Source: Eledone cirrhosa (Eukaryota). From it: 64,000 bases of DNA. Positions 55,001 to 64,000 of this stretch are shown piece by piece. Below the pieces are notes generated by a model. It did no database searches, was not told the DNA's origin, and saw nothing but the letters and a program-made list of their open reading frames with translations. Position 1 is the stretch's first letter, and each line of letters opens with the position of its first letter. Both the position numbers and the translations under genes were made by a program. The stretch is taken from contig OZ024742.1 of assembly GCA_964016885.1 (NCBI GenBank), forward strand, positions 2,294,001 through 2,358,000. The letters are read 5' to 3'.

Positions 55001-58000
55001 CAACACCACCACCACCATCAACACCACCACCATCATCAACAACACAATTACCAACACCATCAACACCACCACCACCATCAACACCACAATTACCAACACC
55101 ATCAACACCACCACCACCATCAACACCACCACCAACACCACAACTACCACCACCCTCAAACCACCACCACCATCAACACCACAACTACCTACACCACCAA
55201 CACCACAACTACCACTACCATTAACACCACAACTACCACCACCATCAACACCACAACTACCACCACCGTCAACACCACAACTACCACCACCATCAACACC
55301 ACCGCCACCAGCAACACCACAACTACCACCACCATCAACACCACAACCACCACCACCATCAACACCACCACCACCATAAACACCACAACTACCACCACCA
55401 TCGACACCACAACTACCACCACCATCAACACCACAACTACCACCACCATCAACACCACCACCACCATCAACACCACAACTACCACCACCATCAACACCAC
55501 AACTACCACCACCATCGACACCACAACTACCACCACCATCAACACCACAACTACCACCACCATCAACACCACCACCACCATCAACACCACAACTACCACC
55601 ACCATCAACACCACAACTACCACCACCATCAACACCACCACCACCATCAACACCACAACTACCACCACCATCAGCACCACAACTACCACCACCATCAACA
55701 CCACCACCACCACCACCACCACCATCAAACTACCACCACCAACAACACCAGAACTATCACCACCATCAACACCACCACCACCATCAACCCCACAACTACC
55801 ACCACCATCAACACCACAACTACCACCACCATCAACACCACAACTACCTACACCATCAACACCACAACTACCACCACCATCAACACCACCACCACCATCA
55901 AGACCACCACTATCAACACCACAACTACCACCACCATCAAACCACCACCACCATCAACACCACAACTACCACCACCATCAACACCACAACTACCACCACC
56001 ATCAACACCACAACCACCATCAACACCACAACTACCACCACCATCAACACCACAACTACCACCACCATCAACACCACAACTACCTACACCATCAACACCA
56101 CAACTACCACCACCATCAACACCACCACCACCATCAAGACCACCACTATCAACACCACAACTACCACCACCATCAAACCACCACCACCATCAACACCACA
56201 ACTACCACCACCAACAACACCATAACTATCACCACCATCAACACCACCACCACCATCAACACCACAACTACCACCACCAACAACACCACAACTATCACCA
56301 CCATCAACACCACCACCACCATCAACACCACAACTACCACCACCAACAACACCACCACCACCATCAAGACCACCACTATCAACACCACAACTACCACCAC
56401 CATCAAACCACCACCACCACCATCAACACCACAACTACCACCACCAACAACACCACAACTATCACCACCATCAACACCACCACCACCATCAACACCACAA
56501 CTACCACCACCATCAACACCACCACCACCATCAAGACCACCACTATCAACACCACAACTACCACCACCATCAAACCACCACCACCATCAACACCACAACT
56601 ACCACCACCAACAACACCACAACTATCACCACCATCAACACCACCACCACCATCAACACCACAACTACCACCACCAACAACACCACAACTATCACCACCA
56701 TCAACACCACCACCACCATCAACACCACAACTACCACCACCAACAACACCACCACCACCATCAAGACCACCACTATCAACACCACAACTACCACCACCAT
56801 CAAACCACCACCACCATCAACACCACAACTACCACCACCAACAACACCACAACTATCACCACCATCAACACCACCACCACCATCAACACCACAACTACCA
56901 CCACCAACAACACCACAACTATCACCACCATCAACACCACCACCACCATCAACACCACAACTACCACCACCAACAACACCACCACCACCATCAAGACCAC
57001 CACTATCAACACCACAACTACCACCACCATCAAACCACCACCACCATCAACACCACAACTACCACCACCAACAACACCACAACTATCACCACCATCAACA
57101 CCACCACCACCATCAACACCACAACTACCACCACCATCAAACCACCACCACCATCAACACCACAACTACCACCACCAACAACACCACAACTATCACCACC
57201 ATCAACACCACCACCACCATCAACACCACAACTACCACCACCAACAACACCACAACTATCACCACCATCAACACCACCACCACCATCAACACCACAACTA
57301 CCACCACCAACACCACAACTACCACCACCATCAACACCACAACTACCACCCCCATCAACACCTCCACCACCATCAACACCACAACTACCACCACCATCAA
57401 CACCACCACCACCACCACCATCAAACCACCACCACCATCAACACCACAACTACCACCACCATCAACACCACAACTACCACCACCATCAACACCACAACTA
57501 CCACCACCATCAACACCACCACCACCATCAACACCACAACTACCACCACCATCAACACCACCACCACCACCACCATCAAACCACCACCACCATCAACACC
57601 ACAACTACCACCACCATCAACACCACAACTACCACCACCATCAACACCACAACTACCACCCCCATCAACACCACCACCATCATCAACACCACAACTACCA
57701 CCACCAACACCACAACTACCACCACCATCATCAACACCACAACTACCATCACCATCAACACCACAACTACCACCCCCATCAACACCACCACCACCATCAA
57801 CACCACAACTACCACCACCAACACCACAACTACCACCACCACCATCAACACCACAACTACCACCACCATCAACACCACAACTACCTCCACCATCAACACC
57901 ACAACTACCACCCCCATCAACACCACCACCACCATCAACACCACAACTACCACCACCAACACCACAACTACCACCACCATCATCAACACCACAACTACCA

Positions 58001-60190
58001 TCACCATCAACACCACAACTACCACCCCCATCAACACCACCACCACCATCAACACCACAACTACCACCACCAACACCACAACTACCACCACCACCATCAA
58101 CACCACAACTACCACCACCATCAACACCACAACTACCACCACCATCAACACCACAACTACCACCGCCACCAACATCACAACTACCTACACCATCAACACC
58201 ACAACTACCACCACCATCAACACCACAACTACCACCACCATCAACACCACAACTACCACCGCCACCAACATCACAACTACCACCACCATCAACACTACAA
58301 CTACCACCGCCACCAACATCACAACTACCTACACCATCAACACCACAACTACCACCACCATCAACACCACAACTACCACCACCATCAACACCACCACCAC
58401 CATCAACACCACAACTACCACCGCCACCAACATCACAACTACCACCACCATCAACACCACAACTACCACCACCATCAACACCACAACTACCACCGCCACC
58501 AACATCACAACTACCACCACCATCAACACCACAACTACCACCACCATCAACACCACAACTACCACCACCATCAACACCACAACTACCACCACCATCAACA
58601 CCACAACTACCACCGCCACCAACATCACAACTACTACCGCCATCAACACCACAACTACCACAACTACCACCACCATCAACACCACCACCACCATCAACAC
58701 CACAACTACCACCACCATCAACACCACAACCACCATCAACACCACAACTACCACGGCCACCAACACCACAACTACCACCGCCACCAACACCACAACTACC
58801 ACCACCATCAACACCACAACTACCACACCTACCACCACCATCAACACCACCACCACCATCAACACCACAACTACCACCACCATCAACACCACAACCACCA
58901 TCAACACCACAACTACCACCGCCACCAACACCACAACTACCACCACCATCAACACCACAACTACCACAACCACCACCACCATCAACACCACCACCACCAT
59001 CAACACCACAACTACCACCACCATCAACACCACAACTACCACCCCCATCAAACCACCACCACCATCAACACCACAACTACCACCACCATCAACACCACAA
59101 CCACCACCACCATCAACACCACAACTACCACCACCAACACCACAACTACCACCACCACCAACACCACAACTACCACCACCATCAACACCACAACTACCAC
59201 CGCCACCAACACCACAACTACCACCGCCACCAACACCACAACTACCACCACCATCAATACCACAACTACCACCACCACCAACACCACAACTACTACCACC
59301 ACCAACACCACAACTACCACCACCATCAACACCACAACTACCACCACCATCAACACCACAACTACCACCACCACCAACACCACAACTACCACCACCATCA
59401 ACACCACAACTACCAGCACCATCAACACCACAACTACCACCACCACCAACACCACAACTACCACCACCATCAACACCACAACTACCACCACCAACACCAC
59501 AACTACCACCACCACCAACACCACAACTACCACCACCACCAACACCACAACTACCACCACCATCAACACCACAACTACCACCACCACCAACACCACAACT
59601 ACCACCACCACCAACACCACAACTACCACCACCATCAACACCACAACTACCACCACCATCAACACCACAACTACCACCCCCATCAACACCTCCACTACCA
59701 TCAACACCACAACTACCACCACCATCAACACCACAACTACCACCCCCATCAACACCACCACCACCATCAACACCACAACTACCACCGCCACCAACACCAC
59801 CACCACCACCACCATCAAACCACCACCACCATCAACACCACAACTACCACCACCATCAACACCACCACCACCATCAACACCACCACCGCCACCAACACCA
59901 CCACCACCACCACCATCAAACCACCACCACCATCAACACCACAACTACCACCACCATCAACACCACCACCACCATCAACACCACCACCGCCACCAACATC
60001 ACAACTACTACCGCCACCATCACCAACACTCTCCACCGCCACCAACACCACCACCACCATCAACACCACAACTACCACCGCCACCAACATCACAACTACT
60101 ACCGCCACCATCACCAACACTCTCCACCGCCACCAACACCACAACTACTACCGCCACCATCACCAACACTCTCCACCGCCACCAACACCA
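43010..60190. repeat. ~17 kb ACC-rich satellite, 24-bp basic unit, with higher-order repeats
   Basis: Unit ATCAACACCACAACTACCACCACC plus 18- and 21-bp variants; recurring ORF patterns offset by exactly 3,772 bp. Confidence 0.95.
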
Positions 60191-60381
60191 TCTCAGACGA
60201 ACAACTCTATTTAACTACTAATAGAACCATCTGGAATCTATTTTAATGAGAGAGAGGAAGGGAGAGAGAGATGGAGAGAGAGATAGAGAGAGAGAGAGAG
60301 AGGGGGGAAGAAAGAGAGGAGAGAGCGTGATGGTCAGAAAGAAAGGGAGAGAGAGGAAGAAAGAGAGAGCGTGAGGGTCAG

Positions 60382-60450
<69 letters not shown>

Positions 60451-60981
60451 GAGGAAGGAAGATAGATAGAGAGAGAGAAGAAGGAAGAGAAAGAGAGTGT
60501 AATGAGAGGGAGAGTAAGTGGTTGATAGATACTGTGACAAAGAAATCTATAGGGAGTTAGAGAATGAGGGAAAAGAGAGAGTCTAGTGGATATATGGAGT
60601 AAGAGAGAGGGTTGTAGGGGAGAGAGGGAGAGATTGGTAGGTAGATAGTGACAGACATATAAGTTTCTATTCTATCTTTAACGCTGTAATATACACTACA
60701 GAGTAAAACGTAGTGGCCGATGTCAACTTGTTTTCCCGCCTTTAAGGGTCTTCCCCCTATTTTATAAGCTATTTTATAGCACCTCTGCGCATTATATTAA
60801 ATTTATCCCCTTAGCACTTTGTAAAAGTCCGAAAGGTCGACTACATATATATTTAATTTCATATATTATTTTGTTCTACGTTAAATGATTTTAATGAGAA
60901 AAATATTAAAGTATTTAAACAAAAAACCAAAAAACAAATACTATGTCAACAACAACAAAAACAACAACAACAACAAAACAA

Positions 60982-61036
60982 TAAGGGTTAAGGTTAGGAT
61001 TAGGGATAGGGTTAGGGTTAGGATTAGGGATAGGTT
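60982..61036 (+). repeat. Degenerate (TTAGGG)n-like interstitial tract
   Basis: AGGGTTAAGGTTAGGATTAGGGATAGGGTTAGGGTTAGGATTAGGGATAGGTT. Confidence 0.8.
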
Positions 61037-61141
61037 CCATAGACCTTTCGAGGATTTCAATTTTTATAATCTGTGACTCGCAGGATGTAAAAATACATTT
61101 TGGATCCGACCTGCGCCCAAAAGTTTTGTCAAATTCTGGGT

Positions 61142-61178
<37 letters not shown>

Positions 61179-61679
61179 CCATTACTACAACATTACCAAG
61201 GGAAATAAGAACATTGATTATCTTAAAAGTAAAGTGTTTTACTGTCAGACGTTATATATATCTTCTCTATGTGAAATAAATAGATTTTTCTCTCTCATAC
61301 CTTCGTCAACGACAGTAATTATATAACGAGGGGCGACTGTTTAATTAAAAGTACTGGTAATACATGCTGACATTTGTATGTCTATTTAGAGAGGAGCACG
61401 TGTTGGGGTGTGTGGTTCCTCAGTGTGTTCGGACACGTTTTGCATTTGTATTTTAGCATGTTACTTATGTAGGTATTATACACGCGCGCGCACGCACACA
61501 CACACACGCACACGCACACACACACACACACACACACAATGTATATATATATACAATACATTTAGCATATTAACATATGTAGTTATGGAGGTATTTTAAA
61601 GTACTACTAATAGTCAGTGAGGGGTTCCCTCGGACACATGTGTACAGCCATCAGGAATGTATTAATGTATTTGTGAATT

Positions 61680-61721
<42 letters not shown>

Positions 61722-61728
61722 CACACAT

Positions 61729-61784
<56 letters not shown>

Positions 61785-62196
61785 TCGTATATACATATCT
61801 CTCTATATATATTTATACATATATACACATATACACACATAATACACACGCATTCATTCACACCCATACATTAATACATACAAGATGGCTACTAACTTAT
61901 ATCCGAGAGAGAGGACCACTGACAGTTATAAAAAAAATACTTTAAAATTCCTATATATCTATAAAGATTGCAGGTCGGGGGTTGATTTGGCAGAGTTCTT
62001 GAGTGCAGGTTTAGGTGGTTTCTTAGTGTTTGTGTAATGTTAAATTAATCTAAGAAAGCTTTTACGGTTTGGGGCAATGAAAGGTCTAGTTTCCATATAT
62101 AAATATTTAAATCATGTATCCACATTTACCTACTTCTGTATCTATATACATTCAGACCCATCTATATTTATCTTTATGTTGCTTTTATTTGACCAG

Positions 62197-62912
62197 GTGC
62201 AGAATTGACCTGCAGACATCCGGTGGACAGAGTGCTGTAGACATTGCTAAAATCTGGAGCAGAAGTAGAATCGCTTCCATGTTGAGTAATGAGTCATCGT
62301 CTTCTCCCAGATCATCGGTTTCTAGTGATAATCTGAAACCGATTGCCGATCAACTGGCCAAGAAACAAAAATATATCGCCTTTAATGTCCTCCAACGTTG
62401 TTCAGACAAACGCAAAGACCTCTTGTGGTTGGATACCAAGAAGAAAGACGCTGGCACTGTGTATATTTTATTTTCGGATCTTCAAATCTACGTCTCTCCC
62501 GAAAAACAAACAAACGATAGTAAATACCAAAAACACAAACTAATTACAGCAAGTTATAAAGATATCGATTTTTATTTAGAAGAGAACAAATCTTTGACAA
62601 TCTTTTTAGGCATAGAACCGCTTCAAACGAAAAATGGTCGCCCCAAGAAAGACCGTGCGTGGTTCGCCATTGATGTATCTACGATGGACAAAGAGAAACT
62701 TGAGACGGTCTTACCTAATGGTTACTTTGTATCACCATTCCCTGCTTTCTTGAACTTGAATGAATACGAGAAGTCAATTTTTTCTGAAGCTTGTTCGTTG
62801 ATTCTGTGGCACATGGACCATCAGTTCTGCCCCACATGTGGCTACCGGACAACACCGGAAGATGCCGGACTTAAACGAACATGTTCAAACCGTAATTGTT
62901 CAAGTCGATCAG
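62197..62912 (+). CDS. NUDT12: NUDT12-like NAD(H) diphosphatase / deNADding enzyme, internal exon (ankyrin end, NudC-like domain, zinc ribbon)
   Basis: Acceptor ttgaccag| and donor G|gtttgt. GQSAVDIAKIW (ankyrin end), LQRCSDKRKD, IFLG, AWFAIDV, WHMDHQFCPTCG..AGLKRTC..C. Confidence 0.88.
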
Positions 62913-62937
62913 GTTTGTAAAGAATTTTATATGTGGT

Positions 62938-63005
<68 letters not shown>

Positions 63006-63233
63006 AGCCTCACTCTCTCACACACACACAATCGTACATGCGCATATGTCTAAATAGGGAACAGACTTCCCTTTAAACATGTTACATTAAAACACATCTG
63101 CGTTTAAGTTGTATCATTTTTATTCACGATTTTTCATTTCTACCCCCCACCCCGCCCCTCTCGCTCTCTCTCTCTCTCTCTCTTTATCTCTCTCTCTCTC
63201 TATATATATATATATAGAAAGAGATAGATAGAG

Positions 63234-63340
63234 AGAATGGCTTCTACAGGACTAAAACTGTTTCATTCGATGGAAATCATCAGGCTTTCCTGATAATTTC
63301 CTTCGAATGAAACAGTTCTCGTCCTGTAGAAGCCATTTCT
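63234..63340. mobile_element. Intronic fold-back with a hammerhead on each arm
   Basis: Plus arm TTC-CTGATAA-TTTC-CTTC-GAAT-GAAA-CAG..CTG-TA-GAA; the minus arm has canonical CTGATGA. Confidence 0.7.
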
Positions 63341-63439
63341 ATATTAAAAATGTATACTCAGCTATGTATTGAGTACCTTACTTACTGTGGTTACTCCCAA
63401 TTAAACCCGGGAACCCCCCCCCCAACACACACACATATA

Positions 63440-63549
63440 CAGGGTGTCCCCCAAAATATATACACACTTCAACAGCATTCTAATGAATATTGTCTGTACA
63501 GGTAAGCAAAGTGTGTATACATTTTTTTTTGGGGGGGGGGGGCACCCTG
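63440..63549. mobile_element. Tc1/mariner-type MITE
   Basis: TA|CAGGGTGTCCCCCAAAA..TATACACACTT and AAGTGTGTATAC..TTTTGGGG..CACCCTG|TA. Confidence 0.85.
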
Positions 63550-63633
63550 TATATATATATACATATATATATATACATATATATTATTGTTGTTAATATT
63601 ATTATTTTCATTATTATTATTGTTATTATTCAG

Positions 63634-63777
63634 GTTTATTAAATACAAATTACCCACGGGTAGATCCAAATGTCGTAATGCTGGTGATTAATTCATCTGG
63701 AACGCACTGTCTCTTAGGACTCAAGAAAAACTTCCCTTCCCTGATGTACTTCTGTGTCTCTGGCTATATAGAACCCG
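63634..63777 (+). CDS. NUDT12: NUDT12-like exon (start of the Nudix domain)
   Basis: cag| ... G|gtaaga, phase-compatible with neighbours; LLNTNYPRVDPNVVMLVINSSGTHCLLG..FP..MY.C.SGYIEPG. Confidence 0.92.
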
Positions 63778-63983
63778 GTAAGATATCTTACATATTCTTC
63801 TCCTTCTTTTTCTTCTTGTTTGTTGGAAAACGATCTTTTAATACCTTTGAAATATACATAACGGGATGATGTAATGAAATACACTGATGTTGAATATGTG
63901 ATACGGAACGTATCTTTTCCTTTTCTTTCTTTATATATATATATATATATAAACATGCCTATCTTTCGTACAATTTCCAACAG

Positions 63984-64000
63984 GAGAGTCGATCGAAGAT
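63984..64000 (+). CDS. NUDT12: NUDT12-like exon start (Nudix box, runs off the window)
   Basis: tttccaacag|GA GAG TCG ATC GAA GAT = GESIED, continuing EPG. Confidence 0.85.

Noticed and set aside
42820-60144. Long Thr-, Pro- or Val-rich ORFs (mucin/extensin-like)
   Set aside because: Satellite translations; frequent frameshifts replicated in the higher-order repeat; no signal peptide or splice context seen.
62114-62196. ATG-start extension of the 268-aa ORF
   Set aside because: Lies upstream of a good splice acceptor at 62196 and shows no NUDT12 similarity; likely intronic.

Overview
This is eukaryotic, AT-rich DNA saturated with microsatellites. Its SINE families resemble those of octopod cephalopods (inference). 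The only host gene I can support is a NUDT12-like NAD(H) diphosphatase/deNADding enzyme, with three + strand exons at 62.2-64.0 kb. The rest is mobile or repetitive: a near full-length but disrupted L1/Tx1-type LINE (23.4-29.0 kb, minus), CR1-like and RTE-like LINE pieces, more than 12 tRNA-derived SINEs (several with exact TSDs), a Helitron 3' end, Tc1/mariner and hAT MITEs, a 46-bp minisatellite, and a ~17 kb ACC-rich 24-bp satellite with a 3,772-bp higher-order repeat. The most striking signal is a dense population of Penelope-like (PLE) retroelement ends sitting in (TA)n tracts. About ten carry hammerhead-ribozyme cores from several unrelated families, and most are frozen as near-perfect fold-back palindromes. 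In several of them the turn-around point lies on the ribozyme itself. Most ORFs in the supplied track are repeat artefacts. Coordinates were counted by eye and may be off by a few bases.
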